From a virus: a stretch of 64,000 bases of DNA. Under the pieces are notes generated by a model. The model worked only from the letters and a program-made list of their open reading frames with translations. It was not told the origin of the DNA and searched no databases. Both the position numbers and the translations under genes were made by a program. The stretch covers positions 1 to 64,000 of the IMG/VR virus record IMGVR_UViG_3300007735_000791; one strand, 5' to 3'. Positions 55,334 to 64,000 of this stretch are shown here, piece after piece. Each line of letters starts with the position of its first letter. The first letter of the stretch is position 1.

Positions 55334-56763
55334 AAATATACTTTGGTGGAGCAGAGAAAGGCATGTATGCCTCAATGTTGCTGTCTGCCAACGTGTCACG
55401 ATTGGGTATTAACTTAACCCATTTTGCTATTCCTAAAAAGAAGGTTTTAAACCTTTCAGAAAAGTTTAACGGTTCTGAATTGTTAATATATACATCTGAA
55501 AATGACGAAGATTTAAATCGTTACGATTCATTTTTAAGAACCTACGCTGATGACCTAACAACAGTGATTGGCAGACCAGATTACGATGGAACATGGCTAA
55601 ACGAAAAATACGTGCCCATTTGGAATGATGGAGACGATTTAGAACGTCTTAATTGGATTTGTCAAAGACACGGACGAGTTGCTATTAGTGATAAGGCATT
55701 GGCTAAGCACCCACATAACAGGATTAACTCCATTGCTACTAGATGGAATACTGCAATGGTTGGAATTACTTCCAAACCAGAACATATTGAAAACATTAGT
55801 TGGGATTCTGTATTAGTGAACTCATGGACAAGTGCAATACGTTATGGAGAAACACAAGTCTGGACTGGTCATAGTTTACGTCGTTACCCTGCACAGCAAA
55901 AAGAAAGTGCTCGCAAACGACATAGAAATGATATTGAACGTTTGAATGTTTCCTATGAACAAGTAATGGCTGACGAAGTAGATGCTGTTGGAGCACTTGC
56001 CATACGTTCTTGGAAGAGTTATGAAGAACGTGTTTTTGGGGGCTATGACCCCTCTACAACGTCTCAAAGTACAGGTGACGACGAAGTTGAAAATGGTGAC
56101 ATAATTATTGCCTCACACCAAACACGTACCCCCCAAAATGTGGAAAACGTAGGTACAGGTATTGTTATCCCACCTCCAGAAAAGCGGCACGAAAGCGAAC
56201 GCATATTATTACCTGTGATGGGGGTAGAAACAATAACCACCATGGGGTCTCAAACCATTGATTCTAATGGAGAATCTATAGAAATTGCCCCAGAACAAAC
56301 GAATGTAATTAGGTATTCTGGAGCACTTTTAAGACAGTGCGATAATTGTTATCTCGCTTCAAAATGTCCTGCATTTAAGGAACATACAGAATGTGCTTTC
56401 AAGTTGCCTATTGAAATTCGTACCAAAGACCAACTTCAGTCCGCACTGAGAGCCATGATTGAAATGCAAGTTAGTCGTGTTATGTTTGCCCGATTTGCCG
56501 AAGAGTTGGAAGGGCAAGGATTAGATAGTAACCTTTCATCTGAAATGGATAGAGCATTTGAAATGGTTGAAAAGTTTAAAGAGATAAACGATACTCGTGA
56601 CATGCTTAGGTTTCAAGTTGAGGCTCGTGGGTCAAGCGGTGTATTATCTAGATTGTTTGGGCAACGAGCAGCAGAGACTGCAAACCCACTATCATATGGA
56701 GGGTTGGGACCAGCAGAAACAGACGCATTCTACGATAACGTTTTAGATATAGAGGAGAGTTAG
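55330..56763 (+). CDS. DpdA/TGT-fold-like protein (catalytic motifs degenerate) plus C-terminal Cys4/helical domain
   Basis: GTGA overlap start; KIYFGG.E, VPIW, RVAI, SW.S..RYG..VW; CDNC....CP......C. Confidence 0.55.
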   Translation: MKIYFGGAEKGMYASMLLSANVSRLGINLTHFAIPKKKVLNLSEKFNGSELLIYTSENDEDLNRYDSFLRTYADDLTTVIGRPDYDGTWLNEKYVPIWNDGDDLERLNWICQRHGRVAISDKALAKHPHNRINSIATRWNTAMVGITSKPEHIENISWDSVLVNSWTSAIRYGETQVWTGHSLRRYPAQQKESARKRHRNDIERLNVSYEQVMADEVDAVGALAIRSWKSYEERVFGGYDPSTTSQSTGDDEVENGDIIIASHQTRTPQNVENVGTGIVIPPPEKRHESERILLPVMGVETITTMGSQTIDSNGESIEIAPEQTNVIRYSGALLRQCDNCYLASKCPAFKEHTECAFKLPIEIRTKDQLQSALRAMIEMQVSRVMFARFAEELEGQGLDSNLSSEMDRAFEMVEKFKEINDTRDMLRFQVEARGSSGVLSRLFGQRAAETANPLSYGGLGPAETDAFYDNVLDIEES

Positions 56764-56921
56764 TGAGAGGGTTACCGTATACCTACCAATGTCCAAAATG
56801 TGGGAACAAGATATCTGTAATTAGTAATAAATATCCACCAGTTTGTGCAAATAAAGAAGTCCACTCAAGCGAATCAATAAAGATGGAGTTACAAAATGTA
56901 CAAACAAAAGTTGATAACTGA
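56763..56921 (+). CDS. Small zinc-ribbon protein (52 aa, not in ORF track)
   Basis: TAGTG overlap; YQCPKCG...C.....H. Confidence 0.6.
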   Translation: MRGLPYTYQCPKCGNKISVISNKYPPVCANKEVHSSESIKMELQNVQTKVDN

Positions 56922-57522
56922 TGTAGGAATTGACATGGACGGGGTTGTTTACCCGTTCATGAGTGCTTTTAAAAAGTACTGCATTGATGTATTAAAAGAA
57001 ACAACTTTTCCAGAGCCAGTGAAATGGGAGTTTTACGAGGATTGGGGAATTAGTAAACAAACTTTTGATGCTATGATGCAAACTGCACCAATATCACACC
57101 GTCTGTTTGCTTCTGAATCTCCAATGGAGAATGTGGCATTGGGTTGGACATTGTTACGTGAGTTGGGAGTAAAGATACATGTCATCACAGCAAGACCAAA
57201 TACGGCATGGGCACAGACAGCAGATTGGTTGCATGACCACGAGTTAGTGCCAGACCACCTTCACTTTACTCATAACAAAACTGTTCTTGCATACACCTCT
57301 GAAGGACAGTCAGCGTCCATTGACGATAACTACAACTATCAACAAGAAATGCAAAAAGTTGGGATACTTTCAGTGTTACATGACCATCCGTGGAATAGAC
57401 ACTATGATGTGGATTTTCGTGTCAATTCGCTGCTAGACTTTGCTAGACTCGTTAAAGATGTAAACAACAGGGAGATACCGTGGCAGAATACGAACGTGAA
57501 CAGGTACTACGCGAAGCAATGA
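56896..57522 (+). CDS. HAD 5'(3')-deoxyribonucleotidase-like protein
   Basis: GIDMDGV, ITAR, K, IDD, PWN. Confidence 0.85.
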   Translation: MYKQKLITDVGIDMDGVVYPFMSAFKKYCIDVLKETTFPEPVKWEFYEDWGISKQTFDAMMQTAPISHRLFASESPMENVALGWTLLRELGVKIHVITARPNTAWAQTADWLHDHELVPDHLHFTHNKTVLAYTSEGQSASIDDNYNYQQEMQKVGILSVLHDHPWNRHYDVDFRVNSLLDFARLVKDVNNREIPWQNTNVNRYYAKQ

Positions 57523-57821
57523 CTTTAATCGTAGGAGACCGTAATGTAGATTACGGAGACCCTTACGAAGATTTTAGTCTCACTGCCAGCCTTTGGCAGA
57601 GTTACATAACACGCATTGCTGAACGACGTGATGGTTTGGTTATTGAACCCCATGACGTTGCCATCATGATGGCGTTGCTCAAAGTAAGTCGTTTGTCATG
57701 GACTCCAAATAAAAAAGACCACTGGGTAGACATTGCTGGATATATCGGCTGTGGGTGGGACTGCGTTACAAGGGACAATCCTTCAACAACAAGGTCTACC
57801 GATGAACGACTACACACATAA
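57480..57821 (+). CDS. DUF6378-like protein (dNTP diphosphohydrolase-like fold)
   Basis: GDRN.DYG.P...F...A.LW, DVA.MM.LLK.SR, DHWVD.AGY. Confidence 0.75.
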   Translation: MAEYEREQVLREAMTLIVGDRNVDYGDPYEDFSLTASLWQSYITRIAERRDGLVIEPHDVAIMMALLKVSRLSWTPNKKDHWVDIAGYIGCGWDCVTRDNPSTTRSTDERLHT

Positions 57822-58164
57822 TTTTGACAAGTTTCCTTCGTCTGTTCCAAAGCACGTACTTGCTCCAGAAGTAAAGCGTCTTAACGACGCATTAAATGCG
57901 TTGCCTGTTCTTCTACAAAAACAAGACGTAACGTTAGAAACTATTTCTGAAATCTGTGATTTGTCATTGACTGAATTACGATATGGTAATTGGGAAAGTC
58001 TCTACAACTATATTCGTTCTATTGAAAAAGAGTTAGTTAACGCACAAAATAAATTAACAACTCAAGATGAAAAAATGAGAGACTTGGTTATCTTTGTTGA
58101 AAAGACTTCACAAAACATAGTTAAATTGTATAGAGAGTTTTCTATTAGAAACTCAGACGAGTAA
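57802..58164 (+). CDS. Hypothetical coiled-coil protein
   Basis: Fills the gap, in operon orientation. Confidence 0.5.
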   Translation: MNDYTHNFDKFPSSVPKHVLAPEVKRLNDALNALPVLLQKQDVTLETISEICDLSLTELRYGNWESLYNYIRSIEKELVNAQNKLTTQDEKMRDLVIFVEKTSQNIVKLYREFSIRNSDE

Positions 58165-58167
58165 CTC

Positions 58168-58566
58168 ATGGATTGGCGTGAGCATGCTTTGTGTAAAGGA
58201 AAACTTGTAGATATCTGGTATCCGCCACTAGAAGCAGATAATCAAGAACAATATCACGCAGTCGCTCGTGAAGTTTGTAACATTTGTCCTGTATGGAAAG
58301 AATGTCTTAAAGATGGTATTGATGAAAGTTGGGGAATGTGGGGAGGTTTAACTACTCTTGAAAGGAGTGTGTTTAAAAGTAAACCAAAGAAAACCGCACT
58401 AAGACCGCATAGCACACCAACAAGATATAGACAAGGCTGTCGTTGTGTTGAATGCGTTACAGTTCATACAAACGTTATGAAACAAAATAAAAATATTAAC
58501 GTTGTACCAAATTGTGGAGATAAAGATTTTGATTTGTTTACAATTTTATACCAACTTCTCCAATAA
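58168..58566 (+). CDS. whiB: WhiB-family transcription factor with extra C-terminal Cys motif
   Basis: W...ALC, VC..CPV...C, GMWGG, then H....RY..GCRC..C. Confidence 0.88.
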   Translation: MDWREHALCKGKLVDIWYPPLEADNQEQYHAVAREVCNICPVWKECLKDGIDESWGMWGGLTTLERSVFKSKPKKTALRPHSTPTRYRQGCRCVECVTVHTNVMKQNKNINVVPNCGDKDFDLFTILYQLLQ

Positions 58567-58585
58567 TCTTTGCTATGCTTTAAGG

Positions 58586-58637
58586 TGAAGCCGTAACCAA
58601 AGATGCTCGTCATCCGAACGTTACGGCTTCAGTTTTA
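58586..58637 (+). promoter_or_regulatory. 5'-UTR stem-loop or terminator before the SLT gene
   Basis: Perfect 12-bp stem TGAAGCCGTAAC/GTTACGGCTTCA, inner GATG/CATC stem, then GTTTT; TATGCT at 58574. Confidence 0.6.
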
Positions 58638-58657
58638 TCCGCCGACAAAAGGAGAGT

Positions 58658-59206
58658 TTGTTGATACGACAATCAATATTTTCATTTATCCTATTCATCG
58701 CAACAACTACAACATCAGCAATTGGACAGCAAGAATTAAATAACGGACTTGTTAAGGAAAGCAAGGAAAGCAAGGTAACTGAAGTACGTGAGTATGCGTA
58801 CGAACACCGATTGGACGAGGCAAAAACTACGACCACATCAATATTGGTTAAAAAAGCCAATGTTACAAATGATGAAAACAGTTGCCCTCAATTTGAAGAA
58901 CTGTTCAAACAATATGGTCTGAAGCCAGCAAAGACTTTTTCATACATTGCTTGGCGAGAATCTAGGTGCCGACCCAATGCGGTAAACGCCAAATGGGACG
59001 ACAAAGGCAATGTGACCTGGACTTTAAACAAAAACGGTTCAATTGACCGCGGATTGTTACAAATTAACTCATCATGGAAAACAGTGGTATCTAAAATTTG
59101 TAAATCCGACTTTGACGACATGGACGTTTTATATGATTTGGACTGCAACCTAAGGGTTGCCAAATATCTTTTTGACAATGGTGGATTAGGTCATTGGGGC
59201 ATGTAA
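58658..59206 (+). CDS. Secreted lytic transglycosylase (SLT / lysozyme-like)
   Basis: Signal-like N-terminus; IAWRES, DRGLLQIN, N...A..L...G..HW. Confidence 0.85.
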   Translation: MLIRQSIFSFILFIATTTTSAIGQQELNNGLVKESKESKVTEVREYAYEHRLDEAKTTTTSILVKKANVTNDENSCPQFEELFKQYGLKPAKTFSYIAWRESRCRPNAVNAKWDDKGNVTWTLNKNGSIDRGLLQINSSWKTVVSKICKSDFDDMDVLYDLDCNLRVAKYLFDNGGLGHWGM

Positions 59207-59248
59207 CATTGTAGTCAAGTTAACAAAACGACCACATAGGAGAATAAA

Positions 59249-59473
59249 ATGGTTAATCAAATCGTAGACGTAGATAATCTTTGCGGTACAGCAGAGGCTG
59301 CCGCTGTCCTTGGAGTGTTGAAACAGCGTATTCACACGTTGCGAAAACGACCAGACTTCCCACAACCGATTGTTGTTCTTGCCGCAACACCTCTTTGGGA
59401 CAAAACTGCCCTTCTTGAGTTTAAGAATGGTTGGAAAAAGACGACCACACAAGAAGTAACAATTACAGAGTAA
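59249..59473 (+). CDS. Small HTH DNA-binding protein (AlpA/excisionase-like)
   Basis: GTAEAAAVLGV.KQRI......PDFPQP. Confidence 0.8.
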   Translation: MVNQIVDVDNLCGTAEAAAVLGVLKQRIHTLRKRPDFPQPIVVLAATPLWDKTALLEFKNGWKKTTTQEVTITE

Positions 59474-60546
59474 TGCGTATAGGGATTGTTTCGGGAGACC
59501 GAATACATCCTGCAAAATCACCTGATGGACAAGCGCATTGGGGAGGTGCTGGTTGGGTTCGTCTTGGTCAATATTTGCCCCACTTTGGCAACGACGTAGT
59601 TCTTGGAACTTTAGTTTGGTATTACAAAAAGTTTAAAGTTATTGATGACGCTCGCGAAATGCACGATGTAGACGTCATTATCTTGCAACGTTTGATGCAC
59701 GATGGTTTAACAGAACACATTAAACTGGCTAAACAGGCTGGACAGGTAATAATCAACGACGTAGACGATTGGTACTGGGGTCTTGACCCTAGCAACAATG
59801 CTTGGAAAGCATCTCACCCAAAACACAATAAAAAAGAAAACACTTACTTTTACAGGTCAATCATTTCCGCAAGTTCTCTCGTAACAACTTCTACGCCGTT
59901 TTTATATGAAAAGATGAAAGAATGGAATAAAAACGTATTGTTGTTACCAAACACTGTAGATACTAAAGCGTTCAAAAAACACGACCACACAAAGAACAAG
60001 GATGTAGTTATTGGTTGGGCTGGGTCTACTGCTCATAGAAGTAAAGACCTACAAGTTCTTAGTGGGGTTTTACCCTCGTTTAATGATACGACCACGCAGG
60101 TTTCGTACTTACACGCTGGTCATCATGATAGTTCTCCACATTTCGCAGATGAAATAGGATTGTCAAAAGAAAAAGTTAGAACTTTGCCTATTTGCGACCC
60201 AGACAAGTACCCAGAAATGTTTCAAATGGACATTGGCATTGCGCCGTTGCGGGACTTTCCGTTTAATCACGCAAAGTCTGAAATAAAACTGTTGGAATAC
60301 TCAGCCAGTGGCATTCCGTGGATTGCTTCGGCGTTGCCTTCGTACACGTCTCTTGTCAAAGAGTTTGGTATGGGTCGTACAGCCAAACGTCCTCACGATT
60401 GGATTAGAAACCTAAAACAACTCGTTGGTTCTCGCTTGTTGAGACAAGAGGAAGGAGAACGTCTACACGAGTTGGTCAAGAAACGTGACGTGACCATAGG
60501 TGGCGCAAGGTGGCGCGAGGTTTTGGAGAACCTTCAATCCAAATAA
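59473..60546 (+). CDS. Glycosyltransferase (GT-B, GT4-like)
   Basis: DVDD, IGWAGS, DIGIAPL...FN..KSEIKLLEY...GIP.IAS. Confidence 0.88.
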   Translation: MRIGIVSGDRIHPAKSPDGQAHWGGAGWVRLGQYLPHFGNDVVLGTLVWYYKKFKVIDDAREMHDVDVIILQRLMHDGLTEHIKLAKQAGQVIINDVDDWYWGLDPSNNAWKASHPKHNKKENTYFYRSIISASSLVTTSTPFLYEKMKEWNKNVLLLPNTVDTKAFKKHDHTKNKDVVIGWAGSTAHRSKDLQVLSGVLPSFNDTTTQVSYLHAGHHDSSPHFADEIGLSKEKVRTLPICDPDKYPEMFQMDIGIAPLRDFPFNHAKSEIKLLEYSASGIPWIASALPSYTSLVKEFGMGRTAKRPHDWIRNLKQLVGSRLLRQEEGERLHELVKKRDVTIGGARWREVLENLQSK

Positions 60547-60564
60547 TACACTTGTGACCAACGT

Positions 60565-60597
60565 CACTTGGTGACAGAGGGTTGGTATTGTTACTGT
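60565..60597 (+). promoter_or_regulatory. Conserved promoter, copy 1
   Basis: CACTTGGTGAC-N13-TGTTACTGT. Confidence 0.7.
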
Positions 60598-60626
60598 GGA
60601 GTTAGGACACAGAAAGGGGTTACGCC

Positions 60627-62534
60627 ATGTCTAATCTTGCGATACTTACAAAACAGCAAGTTCAAATCAAAGAAGCACTTAAACTTCGTAGTGCGCCTTT
60701 AGGTCTACTGGAGACGGACGTAGATGATTGGATTAAAGCCAACTCCCTAGACGAACTTACTTACAATAGTGCCACTGACTTGTTGGACTATTTGGAAGTC
60801 TTGCCAGTTACTCGTCTTGCCTCGCAAGCACACTTGCCAATGAAGGCAAGTCGTATTCTTGTAAACAAACGTAAAGACAACTGTACCCTTTGCGGAGAGC
60901 CAGTGTTGTCAGGCTTGGGATTACACGTGTTTCATGACGCCAGTTGGCATACGTACCACAACAGCCAAGATTGCCCTGCTGTCACTGAATTGCCTGAATT
61001 AAAATGGGATAGCGCGTCTTTGATGACAGACCTAGAAATGTTTGTCTTTGGCTTAGAGCGTATGCCAAGCGTAGTTTCAATGTCGTCTGAATTGGTAGAA
61101 CTATCAAAAGCACAGGACGCAAACTTATCTTTTGACCTAGAACTTCCACTACTTCCATTTCAACGCGCTGGAGTGAAGTACGCGCTGGAAACGAGGCGTG
61201 TGTTACTCGCAGACAGCATGGGATTGGGCAAAACTTGTCAAGGTATTGCCCTTGCCCTTGATACCAAAATGCGTAATGGTAAAACTATTGTCGTAGTACC
61301 TCCGCACCTCCGCCTCCAATGGATAAAGGAGTGTCGCCGTTTTGCGCCAAAGTTAATGGTGGCGACAGTTACTGGACGTAAACCATATTCTTTGCCAAAA
61401 CATGACGTACTGGTCATTGGTGACAGCGTAGTCAATGCTTGGGCAAACAAGTTGGCAGGAAAGTTTGACACTTTAATTGTGGACGAAGCGCACAGCATTA
61501 AAAACGAAAAGGCTGGACGCACCAAAGGAGTTCGTTACCTTGCCAATAGTATTCCTGCTAATGGGATTATTGCCCTCATGTCGGGCACTTTGACGCCTAA
61601 TCGTCCAAGTGAGTTGCTCAGTCCATTAAAGATTATTGGACGTTTGGACAACGTGTTTGGCTCGCGTAAAGAGTTCTTGGTCAAGTATTGTGACTATCAG
61701 TTGTTGCCTAATGGTTTTCCAAATCGCAATGGCGCGAGCAACACAACAGAACTCAACACTATCTTGCGCGGTACTTGTATGGTACGCAGGCGCAAAGAGG
61801 ACGTTCTTAAAGACCTTCCGTTGAAACGCCGAGCGCAAATTGACGTAGAACTACAAGAAGCAGAGATGTCTGTGTATCGCACTGCTGAACGTGACTTCTT
61901 GAAGTGGGTCTTGGAAACTTACGGTAAAGACGCACACGAACGCGCTGGTAAGGCTGAAGTCATTACGCGCATGAACAAGTTGCGCGAAATCTTGGGTATC
62001 GCAAAAGTACGCACAGTTGTTGAGCATATTAACTCACTGTTGAGCGAGGGAGAGCAAGTAGTGGTGTTTGGATATCACCGCAAAGTGTTAGACGCTCTCA
62101 AAGAAAAGTTGAACGAGCATGGTGTTGTAATGGTTGCTGGAGGTTCTACGCCTGAAGCCAAGCAACGCTACGTGGAGATGTTTAATAACAAACAAGTAAA
62201 AGTGTTCATTGGACAGTACGAGAGTGCTGGCAGTGGATTAAACCTAACTTCAGCCTCGCACGTGGTACTCGCAGAAATGCCGTACAGTCCTTCAACTGGA
62301 CAACAAGCAGAGGATAGGTGTCACAGGATTGGTCAAGTCAATCCAGTGGTCTCGTGGTGGATTACCGCAGTTGATAACGATAACCACACTATTGACATGA
62401 GGCTATGGGACTTGCTGAACAACAAGGCTGAAGTCACGTCAGCAATCATGGACGGTTGGGCAGAGAACCTTAACGCAGACGCAGGCACTGTGACAGCACA
62501 ACTGTTGAAAGACATGCTCAAGGACTTCAGGTAA
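60627..62534 (+). CDS. Second SNF2-family helicase with N-terminal Cys/His domain
   Basis: DSMGLGKT, DEAH, SGT, GLNL, QAEDR.HRIGQ; CTLC...H...C. Confidence 0.9.
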   Translation: MSNLAILTKQQVQIKEALKLRSAPLGLLETDVDDWIKANSLDELTYNSATDLLDYLEVLPVTRLASQAHLPMKASRILVNKRKDNCTLCGEPVLSGLGLHVFHDASWHTYHNSQDCPAVTELPELKWDSASLMTDLEMFVFGLERMPSVVSMSSELVELSKAQDANLSFDLELPLLPFQRAGVKYALETRRVLLADSMGLGKTCQGIALALDTKMRNGKTIVVVPPHLRLQWIKECRRFAPKLMVATVTGRKPYSLPKHDVLVIGDSVVNAWANKLAGKFDTLIVDEAHSIKNEKAGRTKGVRYLANSIPANGIIALMSGTLTPNRPSELLSPLKIIGRLDNVFGSRKEFLVKYCDYQLLPNGFPNRNGASNTTELNTILRGTCMVRRRKEDVLKDLPLKRRAQIDVELQEAEMSVYRTAERDFLKWVLETYGKDAHERAGKAEVITRMNKLREILGIAKVRTVVEHINSLLSEGEQVVVFGYHRKVLDALKEKLNEHGVVMVAGGSTPEAKQRYVEMFNNKQVKVFIGQYESAGSGLNLTSASHVVLAEMPYSPSTGQQAEDRCHRIGQVNPVVSWWITAVDNDNHTIDMRLWDLLNNKAEVTSAIMDGWAENLNADAGTVTAQLLKDMLKDFR

Positions 62535-62549
62535 GCCTTAAATCTAAGG

Positions 62550-62582
62550 CACTTGATGACGACAATAACATTATGTTAGTGT
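62550..62582 (+). promoter_or_regulatory. Conserved promoter, copy 2
   Basis: CACTTGATGAC-N13-TGTTAGTGT. Confidence 0.7.
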
Positions 62583-62610
62583 TACTAATAACAACCAAAG
62601 GAGAAACAAA

Positions 62611-63618
62611 ATGAGTAAAGAAACTTACGAATGGTTAAACAAGTATTGCCTTATCGGTTATACAGGACAACGTGGTAATGCTTGGCACTACCGCAAAGAC
62701 GTACAGAGTGACGAACCTAATCACTACGAAAGCGCAATTCCAGTTGAGGACGTAATCAGGCGTCTGTTTTCGTGGGAGGCTCAAGAAGCACCAGTGTTTG
62801 TCAAATGGAACGACAACTACCGCTTGGAGACTGACCGCAAAGCCATTGTTCGCTCTGACAACGGAGATGTTCTTGGCATGTTCAAGGACAGTTACGCTAT
62901 TCACCAATACAAAGAATGGCTCATTGAAAGCGTGTCGCACTTGTTAGATGATGACCTGAACATTGGAAGCGCAGGCATTTTGAAAAACGGTGCTATTAGT
63001 TTTGTCAGTGTTGAAATGCCTGAGACTATCAAAGTTCTTGATGGTTTCTCAGTACGACCTATGTTGCTCGCAACTACAAGCCACAACGGTTCTATCAGCA
63101 CAACCTTCAAACAAGTCAGCACTCGTGTTGAGTGTGACAACTTGTTGGCTCGTGCGCTGAGCGAAAAGACTGAGGAGTTTCGCGCTCGCCACAGCAAGAA
63201 CAGCAACTTCCGTCTCCAAAGCGTACGTGATGCTCTTGGTTTCGTACACCAAATGACAGACGACATAGTTGCTGAGGTAACTAAATATGTCAATATCAAA
63301 GTGTCTGACCGCGAGTGGCAAGCAATCGTTGAAAAACTCATGCCAGTAAACACTGACGCAAATGTAGCAAAGCAAGCAATCTCACGTGTTGAGAACAAAC
63401 AAGAGCGCATTAAAGAGTTGTATCGCAATGACCCACGTGTCGCCCCGTTTCAAGGAACAGCACTTGGTGTAATCCAAGCCTTCAACACTTTCAATCAACA
63501 CTTGGTTGGCAAAGATGAGAACCGCGTTGAGCGTAACATGATGAACGCGCTCACAGGAAAAGTCACAGTACAAGACCGTTCGGTCATGGAAGCGATTGAC
63601 AAGTTGGTCTTACTGTGA
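62611..63618 (+). CDS. DUF932-family protein
   Basis: AWH, AIVRSD...LG....Y..HQ, SAG.L..G, TSHNGS, RVECDN, RHS. Confidence 0.85.
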   Translation: MSKETYEWLNKYCLIGYTGQRGNAWHYRKDVQSDEPNHYESAIPVEDVIRRLFSWEAQEAPVFVKWNDNYRLETDRKAIVRSDNGDVLGMFKDSYAIHQYKEWLIESVSHLLDDDLNIGSAGILKNGAISFVSVEMPETIKVLDGFSVRPMLLATTSHNGSISTTFKQVSTRVECDNLLARALSEKTEEFRARHSKNSNFRLQSVRDALGFVHQMTDDIVAEVTKYVNIKVSDREWQAIVEKLMPVNTDANVAKQAISRVENKQERIKELYRNDPRVAPFQGTALGVIQAFNTFNQHLVGKDENRVERNMMNALTGKVTVQDRSVMEAIDKLVLL

Positions 63619-63926
63619 CCGATATGAGCCAAGTTACTTGGCAAATTGAAGCGAAGTGCGCTGGGAAACCAACCACTTTGTTTTTTTTTGAAGTAGGTGC
63701 TGGAGGACAACACCAGTATTCCAAAATGTACAAAGAGGCTCGCAGTATCTGTATGGGTTGTGTAGTGGCAAAGAAGTGTTACGACTTTGCTGTAGACCAC
63801 AACGAGGAGTACGGAGTGTGGGGAGGAGTGAACTTTGCTCAACGCCACAAATACGGTAAGAAGTATCGCGCAAGCATGTTAAACAAACAGCACGAGGACT
63901 TCATGAAAGAATACACAAACCAATAA
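63615..63926 (+). CDS. whiB: WhiB-family transcription factor
   Basis: W...AKC, IC..C.V...C, GVWGG. Confidence 0.88.
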   Translation: MTDMSQVTWQIEAKCAGKPTTLFFFEVGAGGQHQYSKMYKEARSICMGCVVAKKCYDFAVDHNEEYGVWGGVNFAQRHKYGKKYRASMLNKQHEDFMKEYTNQ

Positions 63927-63932
63927 GTTACG

Positions 63933-63965
63933 CATTTGGAGACAAGAGCCTTCAAATGTTAAAGT
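63933..63965 (+). promoter_or_regulatory. Conserved promoter, copy 3
   Basis: CATTTGGAGAC-N13-TGTTAAAGT; then AGGAGG RBS and ATG at 63994 (gene truncated by the window). Confidence 0.7.
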
Positions 63966-64000
63966 TACATTAAAGACACCATAGGAGGTAGTCATGAGTA

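Noticed and set aside
1-64000. Minus-strand and nested alternative-frame ORFs in the track
   Set aside because: They shadow well-supported + strand genes and lack RBSs or motifs.
1-64000. tRNA, integrase, reverse transcriptase/DGR, inteins, introns
   Set aside because: No T-loop/cloverleaf, RT or recombinase motifs seen by eye; terminase, DnaB, PolA and RecA are normal length. A tRNAscan run would confirm.

Overview
A 64 kb segment of a contractile-tailed (myovirus-like) dsDNA phage genome, about 40% GC by eye, with all plausible genes on the + strand. The host is probably an actinobacterium (two WhiB genes, TAnnnT promoters, probable leaderless starts). Gene order: tail fibre cassette with three 2OG-Fe(II) oxygenases (1-4.2 kb); terminase, lysis cassette, metallophosphoesterase and an Ntn/proteasome-beta-like protease (4.3-12.3 kb); portal, scaffold, capsid, neck, sheath, tube, chaperone (probable +1 frameshift), tape measure and baseplate (12.3-33 kb); replication and recombination genes (HTH initiator carrying an internal iteron origin, DnaC-like loader, DnaB, primase, SNF2, SSB, PolA, RecA, nucleases, SpoVS; 33-47.7 kb); an island of about 17 charged or low-complexity proteins, several sharing a [HND]-P-x-R-R motif, plus an Arr-like ADP-ribosyltransferase flanked by direct repeats (47.7-54 kb); an apparently inactive DpdA/TGT-fold protein, nucleotide enzymes, WhiB, SLT and a glycosyltransferase (54-60.5 kb); and a probable early region with three identically spaced promoters (60.5-64 kb). 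No tRNA, CRISPR array, integrase or reverse transcriptase was seen. All family calls come from motifs recognised by eye; no database search was run.
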